A DNA stretch of 48,591 bases from an uncultured Verrucomicrobiales bacterium. Its GTDB lineage: Bacteria > Verrucomicrobiota > Verrucomicrobiia > Verrucomicrobiales > DEV007. Position 1 is the stretch's first letter, and each line of letters begins with the position of its first letter. Made by a program: the position numbers and the translations under genes. Shown in pieces: positions 17,718-27,141 of the stretch. The DNA is taken from assembly GCA_938091905.1 (NCBI GenBank), contig CALKOM010000012.1, positions 1-48,591 of the forward strand. The letters are read 5' to 3'. Below the pieces are notes generated by a model. It worked only from the letters and a program-made list of their open reading frames with translations, ran no database searches and was not told the DNA's origin.

Positions 17718-18710
17718 CTAGAAGTCGAGCGGGTCTGCCGTAATGAGATTCAGGTAGCCCATGTATGCTTGGACAATTTGCCAAACGACGTAGCAGCAGA
17801 TAACGGCGTAGATGACCTTCGGAAGCCAGGCCTCAAGGCGGGCAAACCCCTCCACGGCGCGAGCAGAATAATGGTTCGACCATCGGCGAAGCTCTTTGTC
17901 CAATGTGCCGGCCTCCTCTGCTGTCGACATGGCAGCAGCGAAGTCTTTGGGGAAAGCGCGGTTAGCAAGAAGAAGGGAGCCTAACGTTTCTCCTGTGGCT
18001 AGCTGTGCGCCCACGCGAGCCGCCTGGCCACGGAGGTAGCCGCTTTGGGAAGCCTCGCCAGCTGCGGCGATGGCATCGGATGGCTTGAAGGCAGTCATGA
18101 GATAGATGCGAAAGACCTCTGTGAATCGCTCAAGCGCGAGCATTCTGCGGAGTTTGCCTAACACAGGTACGCGACCAAGAAGCCGGTCGGCGCTTTCTCC
18201 AGCGAGGGATTGGCGATGGAGAAACTGGAAGCCATACCACACCGCTGCGAACAAGGCGTAACAGGCCAACATGGCGAGAAGACTAGGCCTCAAAGCGCTC
18301 CAAAGATCTTCTTTAAATAATTTGGGAATCGCAGACAGAAGGACGGCCACGTGAAAGAGGATTGCTGGGTAAAACATGCCGCGAAGCACCGCGCGGCGTG
18401 CTTCATGAACACGTTCGAAGTAGTCTGCAAGATGCTGAAAGACATCGGCTAGTTTGCCTCCACGTTCACCTGCTTGGATAAGGTTTTTCTCGACGCCACC
18501 AATATGGATTTCGTCAATGAGTCCGATAGATTCTGTGATCGATTTCCCCTCTTCAAGGTGTTGTTTTACCGATCTAACGAAGTGTAGACACGGAGCAGTT
18601 ATTGGATGGTGGCTCAGCGTATTCAAAGCATTCTCCATTGGAAAGCCAGCCTCCTGCAGCTTTGCCAATTCTGAATAGAGCATGTACCTGTCTTTCGCTG
18701 AGAAGTTCAC
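17718..18710 (-). CDS. Second GspF/PilC-family platform protein (short form)
   Basis: LIQAGERGGKL, YPAILFH, TAEEAGTLD, WLPKVIY. Probable start is GTG 18710 or ATG 18683. Confidence 0.85.
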   Translation of the reverse strand: MNFSAKDRYMLYSELAKLQEAGFPMENALNTLSHHPITAPCLHFVRSVKQHLEEGKSITESIGLIDEIHIGGVEKNLIQAGERGGKLADVFQHLADYFERVHEARRAVLRGMFYPAILFHVAVLLSAIPKLFKEDLWSALRPSLLAMLACYALFAAVWYGFQFLHRQSLAGESADRLLGRVPVLGKLRRMLALERFTEVFRIYLMTAFKPSDAIAAAGEASQSGYLRGQAARVGAQLATGETLGSLLLANRAFPKDFAAAMSTAEEAGTLDKELRRWSNHYSARAVEGFARLEAWLPKVIYAVICCYVVWQIVQAYMGYLNLITADPLDF

Positions 18711-18805
18711 CAATAGACAATCTCTCCAGTTGCGAGAACCTGACAACCTCAAATTGGTTTTATGGAATTGGTTGAGAGGGGCAGCATCGTCTCTACATTC
18801 GCGTT

Positions 18806-19861
18806 ATGAAGATCCGCCAGCGCTATGTCGGCCCCGAAGGGGCAGATCAGGATCGTTACTGGATGCGTCGCGCGTTGGCTCAGGCTCGTCTTGCCGAAGG
18901 GGCCACGTCGCCCAATCCACCCGTGGGTGCCATGCTGGTGAAAGATAGCAAATTGCTTGCGCAAGGGCACCATAAGCAAGCCGGAGGGCCGCATGCGGAA
19001 ATTTCGGCGCTTCAACAATTGGACGCAGGTGGTGATGCAAAGGGGGCGACGCTTTATGTCACGCTCGAGCCATGCTCGACCGTAGGACGCACCGGGGCGT
19101 GTACGCAGGCCATCATCGATCATGGCATCCAGCGCGTCGTCTTCGGCTCGGTCGACCCCAACCCAGATCATGCGGGGCACGCGGTTTCTCTGTTTGAGAA
19201 GGCTGGGATTGCGGTGACGACGGGTGTTTGCGTAGACGAGACGGATGCGTTGATACGGATCTTTCGTCATTGGATTCTGACAAAGCGTCCTTATGTCATT
19301 GCTAAACTCGGAATGAGTCTCGATGGTCGTCTAACAAGGCCTTCAGAGGAGCCGGCATGGCTCACGTCGAAAGCGGCACGACGCGACGCTCAAGGACTGC
19401 GTCTCCAAGTGGATGCCATGGTTGTGGGGGCAGAAACGATTCGGAATGACGACCCCAAGCTAACCCTAAGATACCCCCAGGCTCCTTCGAACAAGCGGCC
19501 CTTAAAGCGCTATGTGTTGACTCGTTCGGGTGATTTGCCGAAGGAAGCACATGTGTTCACAGATGAATTTGCATCAGAAACTCGCGTTATTCAGAATGCC
19601 ACTTGGCCAAATTGGTTAGACGAAGTGGGTGCCGAAGGGGTCACAAGTGTTCTTTTAGAAGGCGGCGGTGCCTCGCTGACAGAAGCACTGCTGGCTCAGG
19701 CGGTTCAGGAGGCGCACTTCTATCTCGCTCCAATGGTTTCTGGTGGAAACGTGCGTGGTGTCCAGTGTGTCCTGGGAGATTGGGTTGCTCTTGATGATAC
19801 ACAGTTTTCAATGATCGGGGATAATGTGAAGGTCGCTGCTCTGCTCAATTATGAACCTTAG
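18806..19861 (+). CDS. ribD: Bifunctional riboflavin deaminase/reductase RibD
   Basis: PNPPVGA, HAE, VTLEPC..C, SLDGR, DDPKLT, LLEGG. Confidence 0.95.
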   Translation: MKIRQRYVGPEGADQDRYWMRRALAQARLAEGATSPNPPVGAMLVKDSKLLAQGHHKQAGGPHAEISALQQLDAGGDAKGATLYVTLEPCSTVGRTGACTQAIIDHGIQRVVFGSVDPNPDHAGHAVSLFEKAGIAVTTGVCVDETDALIRIFRHWILTKRPYVIAKLGMSLDGRLTRPSEEPAWLTSKAARRDAQGLRLQVDAMVVGAETIRNDDPKLTLRYPQAPSNKRPLKRYVLTRSGDLPKEAHVFTDEFASETRVIQNATWPNWLDEVGAEGVTSVLLEGGGASLTEALLAQAVQEAHFYLAPMVSGGNVRGVQCVLGDWVALDDTQFSMIGDNVKVAALLNYEP

Positions 19862-20384
19862 ACCCGCTATCTTCTTTGATCGGGATGGCGTGGTCAACGT
19901 GTCGCCACCGAGAGAGTTAAGGTACCTGAGACGATGGGAGGAGTTCCACTTTATCGAAGGCATGATTGAGGTGCTTGCAGAGGTGAAGGCCAAGGGTTAC
20001 CCCATGATCCTCATCACGAATCAGCAAGGAGTAGGTAAGGGGCTGATGTCATTGGACGCGCTCCAGGAGGTTCATCGCGCCATGCAGGCTGCTTTAGGGG
20101 ACAATGGCGCGTCGTTTGATGGGATTTATGCCGCGACTGGACTGACCGGGAAGGACGTCCGGCGCAAGCCGAGCCCGAGGATGCTCGAAGAAGCCGCACG
20201 AGAGCATGGCATCGATTTGAGTCGTTCCTGGATGATTGGCGATCATGACAACGACATGCGAGCAGGAGCCGCGGCCGGTACGGGGACGATTCGCGTTCAG
20301 GGGCTGAAGGAGATCTCGGTTGCTAGCGACTTTCGCGTCGCTGACGTCCCGGCACTTCGTCGGCTCTTGCTCGAACTTCTATGA
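19851..20384 (+). CDS. gmhB: HAD-IIIA phosphatase, GmhB/histidinol-phosphatase family
   Basis: FFDRDGVVN, ITNQQG, RKPSP, SWMIGD. Confidence 0.8.
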   Translation: MNLRPAIFFDRDGVVNVSPPRELRYLRRWEEFHFIEGMIEVLAEVKAKGYPMILITNQQGVGKGLMSLDALQEVHRAMQAALGDNGASFDGIYAATGLTGKDVRRKPSPRMLEEAAREHGIDLSRSWMIGDHDNDMRAGAAAGTGTIRVQGLKEISVASDFRVADVPALRRLLLELL

Positions 20385-20789
20385 TTTCACGAGATTCTCG
20401 GGTCCGAAACTGTCCGGCAGCAGCTGATCGAGGGTTGTCTCTCGTTGGACTTGGCCTTCCGGATCCGTCATGATGACAAGCAGATTAGGAGCAAATTCGC
20501 GAAGTACTTGTCGGCATGCGCCACAAGGAGCCCCGGCTCCTTGGAGACTGATGGCAATTGTTTCGAGCTCTGTCAGTCCCTTGGTCACGGCAGTGAAGAT
20601 AGCGGTGCGCTCAGCGCAAGTGGTTAGACCGTGGGAAGCATTTCAAACATTCGTTCCATTGATGATTTTGCGAGGCTTTGCTAGAGTCGCCGCACCCACA
20701 GCGAAGTTGGAGTAAGGTGCGTAGGCCTTACGACGGGCTTGCACTGCTGCTTCTACTAACAGTGGGCGAGTGGAGCTATCTATAGGCAT
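20379..20789 (-). pseudogene. cdd: Cytidine deaminase interrupted by an in-frame TGA (20643-20645)
   Basis: From ATG 20789: ..AYAPYSNFAVGAA..GTNV*NASHGLTTCAERTAI..PCGACRQVLREF..LLPDSF. The stop replaces the Glu of NVENAS, and the frame is otherwise intact (137 codons). Confidence 0.85.
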
Positions 20790-20805
20790 CGCCTAAAGTC
20801 GTCTG

Positions 20806-21675
20806 TTAACTGGCTAGACGATTAGTCCCGTCGTCTAGCTCATTTTTAGACAGGAAGTCTTGGTCCGTGAGAAATTGATCTGCCGCGTTGATCGTTGATT
20901 CGAAGTGCTGCATGTTCACATTGAAGTTGAAGAAACTATGTCCTTCCCGAGGAAAAGAGTGCAGCTCGCATTGATTCTTCTTGCGCTTCATCGCTTTGGC
21001 AAAACGCACCACTTGTTCCGGAGGGCTAACCCTATCATCAAGCCCGTGGAAGATGATGCTCGGTGGCAAGCCGCGCTTCACGTTTTGAGATGGGCTCGTC
21101 ACCTTTGCCTCTTTGCGATCACGAAATAGCCCGTGACCAACACCTTTCTTTGTCGTGTCAACGATAGGGCTGAAGAGGACCATGGCGTCAGGCGTGCACG
21201 GAATTTCTACAGGATCGCCGGGTTCATCATAGGCGTCTAGCATGGCAGTGCTGAGGCAGAGATGCGCTCCTCCTGAGGCGCCGACACCGACAAGGCGATC
21301 TGGATGAACTCCAAGGTCTTTGTGGTTCATGCGTAGCCAGCGCAACGCGGACCGTCCGTCGGCAATGGCCTCGACTGGAGTGGTCCCGTGCTTGGAAAGC
21401 TCTCGATATTCAAAAATGATGGCGACGGCTCCACGTTCGCGAAAGTGCAGGCAGTGGGGGGCAAACTGGCTGATAAGGACATTGTCCCAGACGCCGGCTG
21501 AAAAGAAAGCGACGGCCGTACGCCGGTCAGTTTCCTGATGTCCATGCGGATTGAAGATGTGAGCCCGTAGCTCAGTGGTGGCTGTCTCTTTAAAAACGAG
21601 GGACGAGGCATCGTCCATAAGTCCTTGCGTGCGATCCATCTTATACAGCCTCGCCAATGCGCTGCAGTCCAACAT
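20806..21675 (-). CDS. Alpha/beta hydrolase (esterase/lipase, HSL-like)
   Basis: Nucleophile elbow GASGG, HGLDD acid, GHSFFN His, AIADGRSALRWLR. Confidence 0.85.
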   Translation of the reverse strand: MLDCSALARLYKMDRTQGLMDDASSLVFKETATTELRAHIFNPHGHQETDRRTAVAFFSAGVWDNVLISQFAPHCLHFRERGAVAIIFEYRELSKHGTTPVEAIADGRSALRWLRMNHKDLGVHPDRLVGVGASGGAHLCLSTAMLDAYDEPGDPVEIPCTPDAMVLFSPIVDTTKKGVGHGLFRDRKEAKVTSPSQNVKRGLPPSIIFHGLDDRVSPPEQVVRFAKAMKRKKNQCELHSFPREGHSFFNFNVNMQHFESTINAADQFLTDQDFLSKNELDDGTNRLAS

Positions 21676-21836
21676 GCCATGTGCGCATGTTATGGGGCCA
21701 GCTTGAAAATAGTAATACGAGACAGGACACGGTAGAGAATTCCGTTCTTTAGTGACTTTGGCAATTTCTTTCGATGGGATCTTGGAGGTTTTTCCAAGCT
21801 TGCGTCATGACGGGGGCCTGGAGATGCTTCATCATC

Positions 21837-22718
21837 ATGTCCCGAGCACTATTCCTCCTCCTGTTCTCATCCTTGATAGCGCCTCTTCACGGCAAAGAAA
21901 CGGCTGGTTTGCAGCAAGATCTTCTGAAGGTTTATCGGACATGGCGTCAGACCATGATCAGGAAAGATTACAAGAGTTGGAAGCAAGTGACGGCCTACGC
22001 GCGGCAGATTGAAACGCGCAACTTGGTTGTGTCACAGAAGAAGCGTTTCCCGTCGGCCATGTTTGCGTTGCCAATGAAGCCACCAGCAATCGAGCGCTTA
22101 CGTTTGCTTCAGGTGAACGAGAAAGGGCCAACTGCAGTTGCTATCTTTTATGGGAAAGCAGATCTCGATGTGAAGGCGGCAGCTCCTAACAGCTTGCTTG
22201 TCTTGCGTTATCTTAGGGAGGGGAACCAATGGAAGTTTTATCGGCTTGCGCTGATGAGTCAGTTGCCTCCGGAAGTGATCGCAGACGTTAGCGCGAACAC
22301 GTTGGGGTTTCTTAAAGATGCTGTCTTCCAGCCTAGTGGCCGAAGCCCGAACGTTCAGAAGCCCTGCGAGATCCCGGATTACATTGCTGACATTCATCTT
22401 ATCACCTATGGGTTCGACACGTCTGTGACCGTGAATGGTATCAGTACACACGAAGCGAGTGATACCCATGGCACTCAGTTAGTGATTGGCGGGCTCAGGA
22501 ATGGTAAGAACACGATTGAGGTGGAAGGAAAACGATTGAGAGGTTCTGCTAAGGGAAAGAAGAGCCTCAAGGTTTCTGTGCACCTGAAGACAGGAAATCG
22601 CAAGTCGCCTGCCGTGCAAGTCTTCGAGTTCAAGCCCGATCCTGCGAAAGGTCCCTACACTTACACAGGTGAGTTTGTCGTGGATAAGACGACCATAGGC
22701 CGCCACTTTCGGCGTTAG
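21837..22718 (+). CDS. Exported hypothetical protein
   Basis: Signal peptide MSRALFLLLFSSLIAPLHG from ATG 21837. Long ORF with no recognised motif. Confidence 0.7.
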   Translation: MSRALFLLLFSSLIAPLHGKETAGLQQDLLKVYRTWRQTMIRKDYKSWKQVTAYARQIETRNLVVSQKKRFPSAMFALPMKPPAIERLRLLQVNEKGPTAVAIFYGKADLDVKAAAPNSLLVLRYLREGNQWKFYRLALMSQLPPEVIADVSANTLGFLKDAVFQPSGRSPNVQKPCEIPDYIADIHLITYGFDTSVTVNGISTHEASDTHGTQLVIGGLRNGKNTIEVEGKRLRGSAKGKKSLKVSVHLKTGNRKSPAVQVFEFKPDPAKGPYTYTGEFVVDKTTIGRHFRR

Positions 22719-22754
22719 GGAAACGAGTGTTCCTATCCAGGGTTGGAAAAGAAT

Positions 22755-24689
22755 ATGACTCGAATCTGCTGCCTCCTTTTGACTTGCTGTCTGCCCAATG
22801 CGGTGCTGGCTGGTAAGGCCTGGGATGCGGCTTGGGAGGTGCTCAGCGAGCATTGTACCAGGTGTCATGGCGGAGTGAAGCACAAGGGTGGCCTGGATCT
22901 GCGGGCGGTGCCAAATATTTTGAGAGGAGGGGAAAGCGGGCCCGCCGTGGTGGCGGGAAAGCCGACCGAGAGCCTGCTCATGGAGGTTCTCCAGCCGGAT
23001 GCCGATACCAGCATGCCACCGAAGGGGGAGCGACTGGCGGAGTCCGAGGTGGCAACCATTTCTACATGGATTACTTCTCTGGGGGAGGAATCGAATGCCC
23101 CGTCAGTAGCAGCCATCCTGCCTTTAGAAATGCCGCCGCAGGTGGTCATCGATTTCCTGGTGGCGCGGGGCTGGGCGTCGCGGGAGGTGACTCCCTCGAA
23201 GTTGGTTGATGATGCTGGGTTTGTGCGTCGTGCCTACCTTGATCTCCTCGGCCGAATCCCCACGGTGGCAGAAAGGCATCGGTTCCTTGCCGAAGTCTCG
23301 TCTGACAAGCGTTTGCGATTGATTAATGATTTGTTAGATCACCCGGAATTTGCTCGGAATTTTGCGGAGATCTTTGACACCGTGTTGATGGGGCGGCGAC
23401 ACGGGCTGGCCGGTAGGGTCCGCGCCTTAGACCGAGGAGGAGATTGGCATGAGTACCTGAAATGGGTATTTGCATCGAATCGGCGTTGGGACGACGTAGC
23501 TTATGATTTGCTCGGAGCGCGAGCGACGACAGGGAAGGAGCGCGGGGCGCGTTGGTTCTTGGTCGGGCACAAAGACAATCATGAGGACATGGTGCGGCAG
23601 GTGGCACCGTCCTTGCTTGGCAAGCAGATTGCTTGTGCTCAATGCCATAATCATCCACTGATTCCTGAGATCGAGCAGCGGCACTACTGGGGACTGGTGG
23701 CCTTCTTTAAGCGGTCTTTCAATGTGGAGACACCGAATGGACTTGCATTGGGAGAGGCGGCTACTGGTGGTCAGTTTGAGTTTAGTTCGTTGGAGGGAGA
23801 TTCCTTTAAAGCGGAACTCGCGTTTCTAAGTGGGAAGACGGCGGAAGATATAACGAATGAGGCGTATCGCGTGATGCCGTCAAAAGAGTATCTTGATAGA
23901 CTGACAAAGAAAGACAAAGACAAAGACAAGGCAAGGAAGAAGAGAAAGGGGCCGCCCAAGATGGAGATGGCACCCATCCCGGTTGTGTCCAGGCGTGGCG
24001 CTTTGGCTGAGATGGTGATTGAATCTTACCCAGAGTTCGCCAAGGCCTTCGTAAATCGGATTTGGGCTCTTTTGTTAGGGAGAGGCCTCGTTCACCCAGT
24101 AGATCACTTGGATTCGATTCATCCGCCCAGTCATCCAGAATTGCTTGAATGGTTAGGAAAAGATTTCGCTAGTAAGGGTTATAATGTCAAACGTCTCATT
24201 CGTGAGATTATGACAAGCCGGGCTTATCAAATCGATTCTCTGCCCATGGGTGCTGAGCGACCAACTCCCGAAGCCTTTGCTTGCGCCATGATGAAGCCGC
24301 TGTCGGCTGAGGCGCTCTACCGTTCGGCCCTTGTTGCGGGAGGACATGAACCGGATGGCGAAGGGAATTTCCCAGGGATTGATGAGGAGCGTTACCGGCA
24401 CGCCTTTGCCCGGGTGTATAGCGATCTGTTTCCTGAGACATATAGCCCCTCGGCTGCTGAGGGGCTCTTCTTCTCGAATAACCCTCTGATGAACGAGGTC
24501 CTCGTGCGTGACTTCGAAGGGCGAGCGCCGCATGAAGTGTCTGAGATTGCTTTCGCAAGTGCTTTGGGGCGTGAACCAGATGAGGAAGAGCGCGCGGCAA
24601 GCCTTGCGTATCTAAATGGGGAACCAGAGAGATCGGCATCGTTTCTTTGGGCCTTGATTGCTGGATCGGAGTTTCGTTTTAATCACTGA
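22755..24689 (+). CDS. Planctomycete cytochrome c + DUF1549/DUF1553 (PSD1) protein
   Basis: Signal peptide, CTRCH, MPPKG, FVRRAYLDLLGRIPT, CAQCHNHP, VNRIWALLLGRGLV, PSHPELLEWL, SRAYQ, EFRFNH. Confidence 0.92.
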   Translation: MTRICCLLLTCCLPNAVLAGKAWDAAWEVLSEHCTRCHGGVKHKGGLDLRAVPNILRGGESGPAVVAGKPTESLLMEVLQPDADTSMPPKGERLAESEVATISTWITSLGEESNAPSVAAILPLEMPPQVVIDFLVARGWASREVTPSKLVDDAGFVRRAYLDLLGRIPTVAERHRFLAEVSSDKRLRLINDLLDHPEFARNFAEIFDTVLMGRRHGLAGRVRALDRGGDWHEYLKWVFASNRRWDDVAYDLLGARATTGKERGARWFLVGHKDNHEDMVRQVAPSLLGKQIACAQCHNHPLIPEIEQRHYWGLVAFFKRSFNVETPNGLALGEAATGGQFEFSSLEGDSFKAELAFLSGKTAEDITNEAYRVMPSKEYLDRLTKKDKDKDKARKKRKGPPKMEMAPIPVVSRRGALAEMVIESYPEFAKAFVNRIWALLLGRGLVHPVDHLDSIHPPSHPELLEWLGKDFASKGYNVKRLIREIMTSRAYQIDSLPMGAERPTPEAFACAMMKPLSAEALYRSALVAGGHEPDGEGNFPGIDEERYRHAFARVYSDLFPETYSPSAAEGLFFSNNPLMNEVLVRDFEGRAPHEVSEIAFASALGREPDEEERAASLAYLNGEPERSASFLWALIAGSEFRFNH

Positions 24690-24700
24690 TCAGCGCTGCC

Positions 24701-26035
24701 ATGTCTTCCTCATCGACCAACGTTTCTTCGCAAGATTGTGGCTCGCCCGATCACACGATGCATCGGCGTCGGTTCCTTCAGGGCGCGGTGGCTTCGGGAG
24801 CCATTTCTACTATGAGTTGGAGTGGGCTATTCTCAGTCCCGGCATTTGCCGAGCAGGTGAAACGTTCGAACAAACGCTGCATCCTCTTGTGGCTTTGCGG
24901 GGGACCAAGCCAGTTTGAGACTTGGGATCCGAAGCCGGGAACATCCACCGGTGGTCCCTTTGGGAGCATTCCGACAGCGATCCCTGGCGTGCATGTGAGT
25001 GAACTCATGCCGAAGTGCGCGTCGATCTTGGACAAGATGGCCGTGATTCGCTCTATGAAAACGAATCAGAGAGAGCATACGCAGGCGATCAATTTGCTCA
25101 ATCGAGGTGACAATCCGCGCCCGCCGTTCATTCGACCGACTTTGGGTTCTGTCTTGGCTCAACAGTTGGGGCATTTGGACAGTGCGATTCCAAATTTTAT
25201 CTTGTTAGACCCTTGTCCAGAGGGGAATGAATTCAAGGGGTTCAAGGCGGGCAATTGGGCCGGGTGGTTGGGCGCTGAGTATGCGCCTGTGCGTGTGGGG
25301 GGGGAGTTCAAGATCGAAGATGTCATGAGGCTGCCAGGACTTTCAGAGGCGGATCATGAAGAGCGCGAAGCGCTGCGTCGTTTCTTCAGCAAGAAGTTTG
25401 AGAACGAGCGTAAGAGTGCCGCGGCGTCGTCCCACAATGCGGTGTATGAACGGGTCAAAGGTCTTATGAGTTGTGCGCATCTCTTCGATTTGGAACGTCT
25501 TCCTCAGAAGGACCGGGAGCGATACGGAGCCGGTGCGTTTGGACAGCACGCCTTGTTGGCCCGCTCGCTGGTGGAAGAAGGAGCGCCCTTTGTGATGGTG
25601 GCCAACGGAATGCCGTGGGATACCCACGTGTTCAATCACGAGGTCTACCAAATGGTCGTGCCGGACATGGATAACATTGTTTACCAACTCGTGAACGATC
25701 TTGAAGATCGCGGCATGGCTGATGATACCTTGGTTGTCGTCATGGGCGAGTTTGGTCGGACGCCGTGGATCAATGTGAAACGCGGGCGCGATCATTATCC
25801 GAATGCGTGGAGCCTTGCCATGGCAGGCTGTGGCATTCAGCCTGGAGCCGTGGTTGGAGCTACGGATCCTCTGGGCGTGGATGTCACCGAGAGCCCGTTC
25901 AGTGAGAAGAACCTGTTCGCAACAATCTATCAGGCACTGGGTATCGATCCCTACGCGGAGTATGACTTGCCGAATTTGCCAACTTTCCATCGGGTCGAAG
26001 AGCGAGCGGAACCGATTAAGGAGGTCCTGGCATGA
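24701..26035 (+). CDS. DUF1501 domain protein
   Basis: RRRFL Tat-like leader, GGPSQFETWDPKP, WDTH, MGEFGRTP, GRDHYP. Confidence 0.92.
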   Translation: MSSSSTNVSSQDCGSPDHTMHRRRFLQGAVASGAISTMSWSGLFSVPAFAEQVKRSNKRCILLWLCGGPSQFETWDPKPGTSTGGPFGSIPTAIPGVHVSELMPKCASILDKMAVIRSMKTNQREHTQAINLLNRGDNPRPPFIRPTLGSVLAQQLGHLDSAIPNFILLDPCPEGNEFKGFKAGNWAGWLGAEYAPVRVGGEFKIEDVMRLPGLSEADHEEREALRRFFSKKFENERKSAAASSHNAVYERVKGLMSCAHLFDLERLPQKDRERYGAGAFGQHALLARSLVEEGAPFVMVANGMPWDTHVFNHEVYQMVVPDMDNIVYQLVNDLEDRGMADDTLVVVMGEFGRTPWINVKRGRDHYPNAWSLAMAGCGIQPGAVVGATDPLGVDVTESPFSEKNLFATIYQALGIDPYAEYDLPNLPTFHRVEERAEPIKEVLA

Positions 26036-27090
26036 AGATCGACGAAGTGAAAACGATCAAGTTGCCGACGACGGTTCACGATTTGGCGTTGGCACCTGAC
26101 TGTAAGCGTTTGTGGGTAGCCTGCCTCGATGGCTGTGTTCGCGGTGTTGATCTCGAGACGGAAGAGCATTTCTTGTTAGGCGAACACTCACGGTACGCAT
26201 CCGGGGTTCATGCTCTGCCTGACGGTAAGACGGTGATTTCTGCGGGTTACGACGGGGCGTTGCTTTGGCATGATGTCGAGACGCGGTCGTGTTTCCGGCG
26301 GATCTTCGCGCATGAATTCTGGTCTTGGCAGAGTGCGCTATCACCGGACGGCCGATGGTTGGCTTCATCGACCGGGCAGTATCTGTGTGGCGGCTACAAG
26401 TATGAACCAGCGCCGGAAAGAGAGCCCTCGGTCAAAGTGTTCGACACCATGACCGGCGGGCTCAAAGCGAGTTTCGAACATGTACCGCCGGTGCAGAGCA
26501 TCACGTTTAGCCGCGATGGGCGCTATGTGGCAGCAGGAAACCTCATGGGCGAAATCCGTGTTTGGGAAGTGGAAACGCAATTGTTAGTCTCTACGTGGAC
26601 GACGGGTGACTTCACCGGGTGGGGCATTATTAAAGGCCACTACTATACAGGCGGGGTGTTCTCTCTCTCTTTCGGTCCAGGAGATGACTTGCTCTATCTT
26701 GTTGGCATGGGAACAACACGCGATCCTGCCGCTGGCAATGGCAAGCAGCTCTGGCAGGCTTACGCGTGGCAGGAGGATGGGTTTCCGAAGATGGCGGAGT
26801 CGTCAGCCGACGATACCGGTCAAGGGCTCATGGAATCCTTTGTCTTTCACCCATCAGACGAGTGGTTTCTCATGGTGGGGCGCTTGGAGAGTGGTCAGTG
26901 GAATGCTGCCGCCTTTGATCGCGAGACCGGAAATCTTCGGGCCTCGTACAATTACAAGGGCCGGGTTTGCCAAGGTGCCTTTCTTCCGAATGGCGATCGC
27001 TATGTGCTCGGAGGAGGGGTTTCCCAGGGTGAGTTGAAGGAAGGCTCGTTCCGTGATTACGGTCGGGTGTGGGTTTCACGGGCTTCGTGA
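26032..27090 (+). CDS. WD40/beta-propeller protein
   Basis: Repeated SPDGRWLAS / FSRDGRYVAAG...IRVWE units. ATGA overlap with the DUF1501 gene. Confidence 0.85.
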   Translation: MKIDEVKTIKLPTTVHDLALAPDCKRLWVACLDGCVRGVDLETEEHFLLGEHSRYASGVHALPDGKTVISAGYDGALLWHDVETRSCFRRIFAHEFWSWQSALSPDGRWLASSTGQYLCGGYKYEPAPEREPSVKVFDTMTGGLKASFEHVPPVQSITFSRDGRYVAAGNLMGEIRVWEVETQLLVSTWTTGDFTGWGIIKGHYYTGGVFSLSFGPGDDLLYLVGMGTTRDPAAGNGKQLWQAYAWQEDGFPKMAESSADDTGQGLMESFVFHPSDEWFLMVGRLESGQWNAAAFDRETGNLRASYNYKGRVCQGAFLPNGDRYVLGGGVSQGELKEGSFRDYGRVWVSRAS

Positions 27091-27141
27091 TCGAATTTGC
27101 GTGGCGAGGTTAGGCCGCGTGACGTAGGATCTTGAAAAGCG

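Noticed and set aside
18711..18805. FMN or purine riboswitch near ribD or guaA
   Set aside because: The intergenic spaces are short (under 100 bp) and lack the conserved aptamer sequences.
20643..20645. Selenocysteine or genetic-code reassignment at the cdd TGA
   Set aside because: The position is a conserved Glu, not Cys, Trp or Gly. No convincing SECIS-like hairpin follows, and TGA is a normal stop in many genes here.
23903..23930. AAAGAC tandem repeat as a phase-variation tract
   Set aside because: It is only about three in-frame hexamer units, encoding a KDKDKD low-complexity loop.
25343..25990. 215 aa antisense ORF and the many other 60-170 aa overlapping ORFs in the track
   Set aside because: They lie opposite or within well-supported genes and have no motifs, as expected for shadow ORFs in moderately GC-rich DNA.
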